DNA of 64,000 bases, taken from assembly GCF_000737315.1 (NCBI RefSeq), contig NZ_JMCB01000028.1, positions 181,119 through 245,118 on the forward strand, in the 5' to 3' direction. Source of the DNA: Hyalangium minutum. Lineage in GTDB: Bacteria; Myxococcota; Myxococcia; Myxococcales; Myxococcaceae. The notes below the pieces were generated by a model. It worked only from the letters and a program-made list of their open reading frames with translations. It was not told the origin of the DNA and made no database searches. This document shows positions 17,724-25,902 of the stretch, in pieces (position 1 is the stretch's first letter; every line of letters starts with the position of its first letter). The position numbers and the translations under genes are program-made.

Positions 17724-20700
17724 CTACTTCGTGAAGGTGAGCGGCCCGCTAGACAGCGTGGTGTTGCCCGCGCCGTCCACCGCACGCACCCGCCAGGTGT
17801 GCGAGCCCGTGGCCAGCCCGCTCAGCGAGGTCTGCGCCGTGCCCACGCCGTAGACCTCGAACTCCCACAGCGAGTAGCCGTAGGCGGAGCCACGCTGGAC
17901 GCCGCGCATCCGCACGTAGCGGCCCACTCCGCTCAGGCCGGTCAGATCATCCGTGCCACCATTGCCCGCGTTCTCCGTGTAGAGCGGCTTCCACGTCACA
18001 TTGTCCAGCGACGCCTCGAGCACGTACTTGCTGCCGTAGGCGGCCTCCCACTTCAGCACGATGCGCTTGATGGAGTAGACCGCGCCCAGGTCCACCGCCA
18101 GGGTCTCCGTGTCCGTGACCAGGCTGGACCACCGCGTGTTGATGTTGCCGTCGAACGCGTCGCTCGGGCTGCCGAACTCGTTGGACGAGGCCGAGGCGTT
18201 CTTGCCCAACGCCAGGTTGGCGGTTGGGCTCACCGCGCCGCTGTGCGAGATGGTCGGCGAGCGATCCGTGCCGTCCACGATGAGGACGTACTCGGAGACA
18301 CCGGCACCCACGTCGCTCGAGTGCTCCCAGATGAACTGCGTGGGGTTGGCAGAGGCCGTGGAGCCCGCGGCCGGAATGAGCGGGGCGAAGGCGGCCGGCG
18401 GCGTGGTGTCGTTCATCGTGAAGCTGAACGTGGCCGACTGGGTGACGCCGTTGGCCCAGTTGAAGGCCTTCACGTACCAGGTGTGCGCTCCGTTGGTGAG
18501 GCGCACCCCATCCAGCGGGGAGGAGGTGGTCTTGGTGGTTGCCACCGGGTACGGCGTGCCGTCCAGGAAGACCTCGTAGCGCTGGATGCCCGTCTGCGCA
18601 TCCGAGCTCGCCGCCCAAGCGAACGTGGGCCGCGTCGTGAGCGTGGCGCCGTTGGCGGGCGTCTGCAGCGCGAAGGCCGTGGGAGGCGTGGAGTCCGTCA
18701 GCCCGAAGCCCTGGATGCCCACGCCGTACTGGAAGAGCGGGTTGCCGTAGATGGGCTGGATGGGCTGGCCCGCGGCGATCCTCTGGCGGATGGTGGTGCG
18801 CTCCGCGTCCGTGGCGCCCAGGTCGAAGGGCAGGTCCCACTTCTCCAGCTGGTTGGTCGGCACATCGGTGCCGATCTGGCTCATGGAGCGCGGCAACTGC
18901 CAGGGGAGCTGGCCGCGAGGCAGCGCGTCGCCGAACAGAATATCCGCCACTGCGTAGCCACCCATGTCACCGGGACGGTAGGCCACCAGCAGCGCGTTGG
19001 TCTGCGGCACCACGTTCGTCAGGATGTAGGGCCGCGGCATGATCAACACCGTCGTCGTCGGGATGCCCCGCGACTTGAAGCCCGTGATGATGTTGTACTG
19101 GTCGCTCCACTTCGCGTCGTGCGCGGGGCCAATCGGATCGCCCGGCAGGTAGGGCTTCTCCTTGTCCCACTCCGTGCCGTGCGTGTAGTAGCTCTCGCCC
19201 ACCACCACGACGGCGGCGTCCGGAGTCACCCCCGCGGGCGCGGCGTCCTTGTAGACGGTCAGGCCAGCGGCCTCGGCGCGGGCCTTGAGGGCCGCGTAGA
19301 TGGTCGGGTCACCGAACTCGGTGCCGTGGAAGTCCGAGCGCCACGTCACCATGCAGGACTGATCGTCCGCGCGAGGACCGGCGATGACGAGCTTGCCACC
19401 GGCGGGCAGGCGCAGCGGCAGCGCCCCGTCGTTCTTGAGCAGCGTCATGGACTCCTGCGAGGCGCGGCGGGCCAGGAACTTGTTGTCGGCCGTGTGCCAC
19501 GCGGAGGTGCCTGCGGGGCCGCCGCGGTAGGGGTCCTCGAACAGGCCCATGCGGAACTTCAGCTCGATGATGCGGCGGACCGCCTGATCGATCTTGGTCG
19601 CGCTGACGTCCGTCTCGAAGGTGCCCATCTGAGAGGGAGTCGCGCCGCCCATCACGTCCGAGCCGGCGGTGGCCGAGCGCACCCAAGCCCCCGAGGGCAG
19701 CCAGTCCGAGCAGATGACGCCGTTGTAGCCCAGGTTCGTGCGCAGGTAGTTGATGATGCTGGGGTTGTCACCCGCGCCGTACCCCTCGGGACCGAGCAGG
19801 TTGCTGCCGGCGTAGCCGGGCATGATGCCGCTGGTGCCCGCCTCGATGGCCGCGTGCCACGGACGCATGTGGTAGTGGATGGTGGTGCCGTCGTAGACGA
19901 TGCCGCCCTCACCGCCCGCGCCCTGGCCCGGCCAGTGCTTGGTGGTGACCCAGATGGAGTGCGGATTGACTTCAGGGCCCCCCTGCAGGCCGGCGATGAG
20001 AGCGCGCGTGAGGCCCGCGGCCAGATCCGCGTCCTCGCCATTGCCTTCCTGGATGCGCGGGTAGAGCACCTTGGTGCCTACCTCGGCCAGCGGAGACAGC
20101 GTGCCGCGGCTGCCCACCGCGAGCTGCTCGCGGCGCTGCATGTCGCCCATCTCCCAGGCGTTCTGCGGGTTGCGCGACGCGGCCAGGCCCGGCTGCGTGG
20201 GCCAGCTCGTCTTGAAGCCGTGGATGCTGTCGCCCGCGTCAATCATCGGGATGCCCAGGCGCGTGCCCGCGTTGGCCGTCTGGTAGCTGACGATCTCCTG
20301 CGGCGACAGGGGACCCATGGTGAAGCCCGCCAGGGGGAAGAGCTTGGAGTCGTAGAACATCTGCATGGCCTTCTCATGCAGCGTCATCCGGCCCATCAGG
20401 TCGTTCACGCGCGTGGCGATGGGGTTGTGCCAGTCCTCGTACGGCTCGATGGTCCCGTTCTTGTTCAGGTCGCGCATGCCGTTGATGAGCGGCACGCCGT
20501 CGCTGACCGTCTCCACCGTGGGGAGGTAGACGCTGAAGGTGCGCAGATCCGAGCGGCTGGTGCTCCCGCTGGACAGCTGCGCCACGACGTACCACTTGTA
20601 CGTCCACCGATCGACCAGGTCCTGCGTGAGGGCGAAGGAGGTGCCGGTGGTGGTGCCCACCTCCGTGAAGCGGTCGAGCAGGTTGCCCGCGGCCATCCAG

Positions 20701-22151
20701 TTGTAGTCGTTGCGCGTGATGTTGACGTAGAGCTTGTAGCTGGTGGCGCCCGTGACGGCGGCCCAGGTGAAGGTCGGCCGACGGGTGTTGGTGATCATCG
20801 CGCCGTTGGCCGGAGCCGTGACGGCGAACGCGCCCGCCACCGCGGGCGGCGCCGGAGCCACGTACGGGTCCGGGATGATGGGACCGCCAGGGTTAGGCGT
20901 CGTGGTGCCCGTGGAGAAGATCTCCACCTGCCACTGCGCGTCCTGGACCGCGAGCCCCGTCACGGACTGCGCGCGCTGCGTACCCGAGGACGTGGTGACG
21001 ACCAGCCGGATGTCCGTGTTGGGCTCGGTGGGCGAGAACTGGTTCTTGGACATCGTCACCGTGGTGTTGGGCGGGAACGTCAGCAGGTAGGTGAAAGGCC
21101 CCGGCGGGTTGCGCACGGACGGCGTCGCGAAGCCCTCCTCGGGCACGGGCGTCACGTTGAGCGGCGTGGGGCTGACGTTGATCTTCGCGTAGGCGAGCTC
21201 CGGGAACATCAGCTTGATGGTCTGGTTGGTCGTCTGCGTCGGGGGCGGCGTGGTGCCACCAGGTCCGTAGACCTCGAAGGCCCACAGCGAGTAACCGTAG
21301 CCGGTGCCGCGCTCGGTGCCGCGCATGCGCACATAGCGCGCGGTGCCGGAGACGGTGATCTCCTTGATGCCCGCCGCGCCGTTGGTGACGGTGGCCAGGG
21401 TCGTCCAGTTCGCGTCATCGTTGGAGCCGTCGATGGTGTACGTCTTGGCGTAGGCGCCCTCCCAGTTGAGGACCACCTTGCCAATCTGCTGAGCCGAGCC
21501 CAGGTCCACGCGGATCCACTGCGGATCCGCCACGGCCGAGGACCAGCGGGTGCCCGCGTTGTTATCGAATGCATAGGTGGGCCCCAGGCCCGGGTCATTG
21601 TTCTGGATGCTCGAAGCCGTCGCGGGCCTGCCACGGGCGAGATCCGTCGTGCTGGTGCCGGCGCTGCCGTAGATCTCGAACTCCCACAGCGAGTACCCGT
21701 ACGCCGTGTTCCGCAGCACTCCGAGCATGCGGACATAGCGGCCGCTGCCCGCCACGGTCAGGTCATCAATCTCACCGTCGCCATTGGTCACCGAGATGAG
21801 ATCCGACCACGTGGCCGCGTCGTTGGACGTCTGGATCTTGTAGCTCCGGCCGTAGGCGGTCTCCCAACTCAGCTTCACGCGGGTGATCGTCGTGGCCGTG
21901 CCCAGGTCGACGTAGATCCACTGGTTGTCGGTGAAGCCGCTGCTCCACCGCGTCCCCGGATCGCCATCCACGGCGGAGGTGCCGATGAACACGCCATCCG
22001 AGGAGGACACGGTGACAGGTCTGCCGAGGGCGAGGTTGGTCTGAGCCTGTGCGGCCGCGGGGGTGAGTGCCATCAGGCCCAGGAAGCAGGCACACGCCCA
22101 CCGGATCCAGGCGCTCGTCGAGCGCTGGAGGAGTACGGGTATAGGGTTCAT
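17724..22151 (-). CDS. Large secreted modular GH3 glycosidase: 2x CBM32 - Ig/Fn3-like - GH3 - 2x Fn3-like - CBM32
   Basis: Signal peptide; three NLALG..TRWSS..YSLWEFE-type modules; DLNKNGTIEPYEDW, KHWPG, VICSDW nucleophile; start 22151 chosen (ORF open to 22199). Confidence 0.85.
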   Translation of the reverse strand: MNPIPVLLQRSTSAWIRWACACFLGLMALTPAAAQAQTNLALGRPVTVSSSDGVFIGTSAVDGDPGTRWSSGFTDNQWIYVDLGTATTITRVKLSWETAYGRSYKIQTSNDAATWSDLISVTNGDGEIDDLTVAGSGRYVRMLGVLRNTAYGYSLWEFEIYGSAGTSTTDLARGRPATASSIQNNDPGLGPTYAFDNNAGTRWSSAVADPQWIRVDLGSAQQIGKVVLNWEGAYAKTYTIDGSNDDANWTTLATVTNGAAGIKEITVSGTARYVRMRGTERGTGYGYSLWAFEVYGPGGTTPPPTQTTNQTIKLMFPELAYAKINVSPTPLNVTPVPEEGFATPSVRNPPGPFTYLLTFPPNTTVTMSKNQFSPTEPNTDIRLVVTTSSGTQRAQSVTGLAVQDAQWQVEIFSTGTTTPNPGGPIIPDPYVAPAPPAVAGAFAVTAPANGAMITNTRRPTFTWAAVTGATSYKLYVNITRNDYNWMAAGNLLDRFTEVGTTTGTSFALTQDLVDRWTYKWYVVAQLSSGSTSRSDLRTFSVYLPTVETVSDGVPLINGMRDLNKNGTIEPYEDWHNPIATRVNDLMGRMTLHEKAMQMFYDSKLFPLAGFTMGPLSPQEIVSYQTANAGTRLGIPMIDAGDSIHGFKTSWPTQPGLAASRNPQNAWEMGDMQRREQLAVGSRGTLSPLAEVGTKVLYPRIQEGNGEDADLAAGLTRALIAGLQGGPEVNPHSIWVTTKHWPGQGAGGEGGIVYDGTTIHYHMRPWHAAIEAGTSGIMPGYAGSNLLGPEGYGAGDNPSIINYLRTNLGYNGVICSDWLPSGAWVRSATAGSDVMGGATPSQMGTFETDVSATKIDQAVRRIIELKFRMGLFEDPYRGGPAGTSAWHTADNKFLARRASQESMTLLKNDGALPLRLPAGGKLVIAGPRADDQSCMVTWRSDFHGTEFGDPTIYAALKARAEAAGLTVYKDAAPAGVTPDAAVVVVGESYYTHGTEWDKEKPYLPGDPIGPAHDAKWSDQYNIITGFKSRGIPTTTVLIMPRPYILTNVVPQTNALLVAYRPGDMGGYAVADILFGDALPRGQLPWQLPRSMSQIGTDVPTNQLEKWDLPFDLGATDAERTTIRQRIAAGQPIQPIYGNPLFQYGVGIQGFGLTDSTPPTAFALQTPANGATLTTRPTFAWAASSDAQTGIQRYEVFLDGTPYPVATTKTTSSPLDGVRLTNGAHTWYVKAFNWANGVTQSATFSFTMNDTTPPAAFAPLIPAAGSTASANPTQFIWEHSSDVGAGVSEYVLIVDGTDRSPTISHSGAVSPTANLALGKNASASSNEFGSPSDAFDGNINTRWSSLVTDTETLAVDLGAVYSIKRIVLKWEAAYGSKYVLEASLDNVTWKPLYTENAGNGGTDDLTGLSGVGRYVRMRGVQRGSAYGYSLWEFEVYGVGTAQTSLSGLATGSHTWRVRAVDGAGNTTLSSGPLTFTK

Positions 22152-22243
22152 AGCGATTGGGGAGAGGCGAGAGGGTGAAGAAACAGCCAACAGCTTCACA
22201 GCAACGACATTGACGACAGCGGAGGGGGCCGCTCTGCGGGCAC

Positions 22244-22276
22244 ACCCCTCCCCATCACGTCGCCATGGGGAGGGGT
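22244..22276. other. 12-bp perfect intercistronic hairpin without U-tract (GH16-GH3 junction)
   Basis: ACCCCTCCCCAT-cacgtcgcc-ATGGGGAGGGGT. Confidence 0.6.
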
Positions 22277-22293
22277 TGCGCGAACCGGACGGC

Positions 22294-24783
22294 CTACTTC
22301 AGATCCAGGTAGTCCACCGAGTAGATCCACCCGTTGGGGTGCGTGAGCCCCGCGAGGCAGAGGGTGCCGGTGCCACTCGCGGAGATCGCGGTGGAGATGT
22401 TGGTGAGGTTGGGGCTGCTCCAGCCACCCGTCGCCGTGCTCAGCGTGAGCGTGCCAATCACGGTGCCGTTGAACTTCAGCTGCGCCTGGCCGCTGGGGTA
22501 CGGAGCGCCCACGTGGGCCGTAGCAGTGGTGAAGCCCGTCATCGTGACGTTGCTCCAGCAGAGGGTGTCCCCGCCCTCGAAGGCGACGACCTTGCTGCCG
22601 CTGTCACCGCCCGCCTCGGCGAAGCAGCCCGTCAGCGTGGCGCTCTCCGCCTCCTTGCGCACGGGGGTGGGGGCCGTCCCCACGCACTGGCCCGAGCTGT
22701 TGCAGGTGCTGCTCCCGGAGCAGGTGCCGCAGCTACCGCCGCACCCATCGCTGCCACACGTCTTGCCCGAGCAGGACGGCGTGCAAGTGCTCGTCGAGGC
22801 GGTGCACTGGCCCCAGGTGGAGCACGTCGTGCCCGAGCGGCATGCGCCGCACGTCCCGCCGCACCCGTCGTTGCCGCACAGCTTGCCCGTGCAGTCCGGC
22901 TGGCAGACGTTGGCCGTGGCGCCCAGGTACATGTTGTCCACGTACACCTGGGTGTTGTTGTAGGCGGTGCCGCCCGCGTCGATCTCGAACTTGTAGGTGC
23001 CCGCGGCCGTAGGGGTGAAGTTGGGGCCGGTGCACGTAGTCCAGCCGGTGCCCACGTTGCAGTTGAAGGTCGACAGCACGCCCCAGGGCGATGCCGACTG
23101 GGCAACCTTGAGGGTGATGGTGCGGGCCACGCTGGACTTCAGGTCCACCTTCCACGCGTAGGTGGTGCCAGCGGAGAGCGGGAAGCCCTCCTGGCGGATC
23201 TGCACGCTGTAGGGCTGCGAGCCGCCGTTGTCGACGCGCACCCACTGCACGAAGCCGCGCGTGCCGCCCTCGTTGATGACGTCCGTGAGGCCGCCGCCGC
23301 CCTCGAAGAAGAGATCCGTGCGGTGGTAGGTGAAGTCCTCGTTGAAGCCGCAGTTGCGGATGATGTTGTCCGGGTTGCCATCGCCGTTGTTGTCCTGGCA
23401 CGCGGCGCGCGCGGCCTGCGGATAGCCCGAGTTGCGGTGGTACCAGCGGATGTAGTCCACCTCGAGCTTGGCCTTGTCACCGTGGGCGGCCCAGTCGATG
23501 TTCACGCACGAGCCCGGCGTCTCCTGGCACTTGCCGCCCGAGCACGCCGCGCCATTGGCGCACTGCGCGCTGCTGGTGCACGACCGGCCGGACCAGCCCA
23601 GGCAGCCCAGCTCACCGCCCACCGCGTTGTTCAGCAGCAGGTACACCGGCTGGCGGAACTCGGTCGCGTTGTCGCCGATGGTGAAGGTGCCCACGGGCGT
23701 CCCGCCGTTCTGCGGCAGGTTGTCGATGTAGATCTTGAAGCCGTTCTCATCCCAGAGGAAGCCCCAGGTGTGCCACTGGTGGTAGTCGATCGTCCGGCCC
23801 GGCCACTGCACGCGCGCACCGCCCACGTCACCGTCGCACTTGGCGTCTCCGTGGTTGGGCCAGTCGCTGCAAGCGTTCGCCTGCCAGCCGCCGGAAGCCG
23901 CCGCCATCTCACCGGCCTCGGGATACTCGCGCCACAGCGCGTTGAAGCCCATGGCCTCGTTCGTGGGGAACAGCGCCGGGTTCTCGCGGATCTGCGAGTA
24001 CTCCATGATGTCGATCTCGCCCGACATCGGCCAGCCAGAGCTGTCATCCCGGCCACCGTTGGTGATGGCGGTGTTGGCCCCGAGCAGCCAGATGGCCGGC
24101 CACATGCCGTTGGGAGGGATGGCGCCCGCGGGCAGGTCCGCGAAGGGCATGCGCGCGCGGAACTCGATGTAGCCGTAGCGGAACTCGACCTTCTCGTCGC
24201 TCTTGATGCGGCCCGAGCTGTACGTCGTGCCGTTGCCCGGCGGGTTGGACGCGCCATTGGACGGCGCGCACTCCTCGTGGTCGTACTTGCCGTTGCGGTT
24301 CTGATCGTAGACGCAGTAGCCCGTGGCCGCGCAGGTGCCGTTGGTGCCGCACTGGCTGCTGGTGGTGCACTGCTGCCACACCACGCAGTCCAGCCGCTCC
24401 TGGCGAGCCAGCAGCGTCAGCTTGCCGTTCTCGACACAGTAGTTCCAGTTGGTGGGGTTGTCCGGACATTCCCGGTTCGTATAGGCCTGCTGCTCATAGT
24501 TGACGCCCAGGTTCTCCTTGGTCCAGTTGGCCGTGTTGAGGAAGGACTTGGCCTGGCCCCCGTTCAGCGCGCCTCCGAAGTCGTCATCCCACGTCAGAGT
24601 GAACGGCTGACCGGAGATGGTGAGCGTCCTCGAGGCCCCGGGCTCCAGTGGCTCCACGCTCTGAGCAGGCTCGGAGGTCTCGGGGACATCCTCCACGACG
24701 CAGCCCACCGCGCCCAGAGCGAAGACCCAGACACTGCAACTCAATAGGGACTGCTTCCAGGACGGCGTTCCGCGTCTGCTCAT
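22294..24783 (-). CDS. GH16 beta-1,3-glucanase lipoprotein + CBM4-like + Cys-rich repeats + CBM6/35-like
   Basis: Lipobox AVGC; WDDDF, YSSGRI, GMWPAIWLLG, catalytic EIDIME; CxPxCxGKxCGxDGCGGxCGxC repeats. Confidence 0.88.
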   Translation of the reverse strand: MSRRGTPSWKQSLLSCSVWVFALGAVGCVVEDVPETSEPAQSVEPLEPGASRTLTISGQPFTLTWDDDFGGALNGGQAKSFLNTANWTKENLGVNYEQQAYTNRECPDNPTNWNYCVENGKLTLLARQERLDCVVWQQCTTSSQCGTNGTCAATGYCVYDQNRNGKYDHEECAPSNGASNPPGNGTTYSSGRIKSDEKVEFRYGYIEFRARMPFADLPAGAIPPNGMWPAIWLLGANTAITNGGRDDSSGWPMSGEIDIMEYSQIRENPALFPTNEAMGFNALWREYPEAGEMAAASGGWQANACSDWPNHGDAKCDGDVGGARVQWPGRTIDYHQWHTWGFLWDENGFKIYIDNLPQNGGTPVGTFTIGDNATEFRQPVYLLLNNAVGGELGCLGWSGRSCTSSAQCANGAACSGGKCQETPGSCVNIDWAAHGDKAKLEVDYIRWYHRNSGYPQAARAACQDNNGDGNPDNIIRNCGFNEDFTYHRTDLFFEGGGGLTDVINEGGTRGFVQWVRVDNGGSQPYSVQIRQEGFPLSAGTTYAWKVDLKSSVARTITLKVAQSASPWGVLSTFNCNVGTGWTTCTGPNFTPTAAGTYKFEIDAGGTAYNNTQVYVDNMYLGATANVCQPDCTGKLCGNDGCGGTCGACRSGTTCSTWGQCTASTSTCTPSCSGKTCGSDGCGGSCGTCSGSSTCNSSGQCVGTAPTPVRKEAESATLTGCFAEAGGDSGSKVVAFEGGDTLCWSNVTMTGFTTATAHVGAPYPSGQAQLKFNGTVIGTLTLSTATGGWSSPNLTNISTAISASGTGTLCLAGLTHPNGWIYSVDYLDLK

Positions 24784-24825
24784 GTTCTACCCCCAAGCTC
24801 GAATTACATTTTCGCTCTAAACTCG

Positions 24826-24839
24826 TGAAAGCGCTTTCA
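24826..24839. promoter_or_regulatory. LacI-type operator (proximal site of GH16 promoter)
   Basis: Perfect palindrome TGAAAGCGCTTTCA, 42 nt upstream of GH16 ATG. Confidence 0.8.
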
Positions 24840-25004
24840 TGGTTTTTACTCTGATTCCTGGTTATGGCAAGCAGAAAGTGCTTGACGCGGCGCACCGTTG
24901 GCGGGGGGTGCCCGTCAGATGGCAGACAGAGGGTGCAGAAAGGCCTGTTGGGACAGTGGCTTAGCCCCAGGCGCCCCCCACTCCGCCCTGTCAGGCGGGG
25001 AAGG

Positions 25005-25018
25005 TGAATGCGCTCTCA
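25005..25018. promoter_or_regulatory. LacI-type operator (distal site of GH16 promoter)
   Basis: TGAATGCGCTCTCA (reverse complement TGAGAGCGCATTCA, 13/14 identical to 13458 site). Confidence 0.65.
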
Positions 25019-25035
25019 CCCAGCGTGACGGTGGC

Positions 25036-25902
25036 TTACTTCCCCAGGGTGGCGGCGACCTCACGGGACATCCGGCGCCAGGCCGCGTAGGAGCGGCGGA
25101 GGTGCTCCTCTGGGGGATCCTCGAGCCCGTAGGTGTGCAAGAGGAGGGGCCCGGTGTAGCCGGAGCGGATCAGCGGGAGCAGGTAGGTGTTCCGCACGTC
25201 GAGATTGCCCCGATCGAGCGGCTGGATCGCCTCCGCCCAGCCGGGAGCGTCCACGTTCTTCGACGCGCCGTTGATGCTTGCGAGCGCCAGCTGGGGCGCG
25301 GCGGCGGCGATCACCTGCGCCAGCCGGTCGCGATTGCCGGCCTTGAGCTCGTGACAGAGGTGGAGGGACGCCTTGAGCTCTGGACGGCCCACGGCTTCGA
25401 TGAGCGCCAGGGCCTCTTCGACGGTCTCGATGGCGTTCTCGTCATGCGGGTACACCACGACGCGAACCCCTCGGGCCGTGGCCATCGTGACGACTTCCCG
25501 GACGGCCTCGACCATGGCGTCATTGGGCCCATGGGGTCCGCTCAGGATGAGCCACAGGTCGGCCTCCTGCGAAGCGAGGGAGAGCAGGATCGCATCCAGC
25601 TGCTCCCGGCTCCACGGCTGTGCAAACGCGAAGTCGTACAGCACCGCGAACACTCGGAAGCTGCCATCGCGCACCGCTTGCACCGCAGCGAGCTCCTCAA
25701 AGTCTTCGGCTCCTGGCCAGTAGAGAGCCGTGCCCTGGTAACCCTGCTCCTGGAGGAGCCTCACTTGCTCTACCGGGGGCCGCGACTCCAACGTGAAGTT
25801 GAAGGCGCCAAAGGGGTTTTCGAGTGAGGACTCCGGCGCACCGGAGCATCCCAGCAAGACCGTGAGGAGTGTGGCGACAGCCGTGGTCTTCCCCACCGTC
25901 AC
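25036..25902 (-). CDS. Sugar-phosphate isomerase/epimerase-like (AP_endonuc_2 TIM barrel) lipoprotein
   Basis: GAGG RBS, GTG start overlapping kinase stop, lipobox LLGC; VYPH, SLHLCHEL, LLLHTY motifs. Confidence 0.65.
   Translation of the reverse strand: MTVGKTTAVATLLTVLLGCSGAPESSLENPFGAFNFTLESRPPVEQVRLLQEQGYQGTALYWPGAEDFEELAAVQAVRDGSFRVFAVLYDFAFAQPWSREQLDAILLSLASQEADLWLILSGPHGPNDAMVEAVREVVTMATARGVRVVVYPHDENAIETVEEALALIEAVGRPELKASLHLCHELKAGNRDRLAQVIAAAAPQLALASINGASKNVDAPGWAEAIQPLDRGNLDVRNTYLLPLIRSGYTGPLLLHTYGLEDPPEEHLRRSYAAWRRMSREVAATLGK

Noticed and set aside
17715-22178. Very long antisense ORFs (1487 aa here; also 4097-6322, 9598-11937, 13839-16370, 22063-24747, 55490-57445, 60519-61997)
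   Set aside because: Shadow frames opposite clear genes; high GC3 removes stops; translations are Arg/Ala/Gly-rich with no motifs
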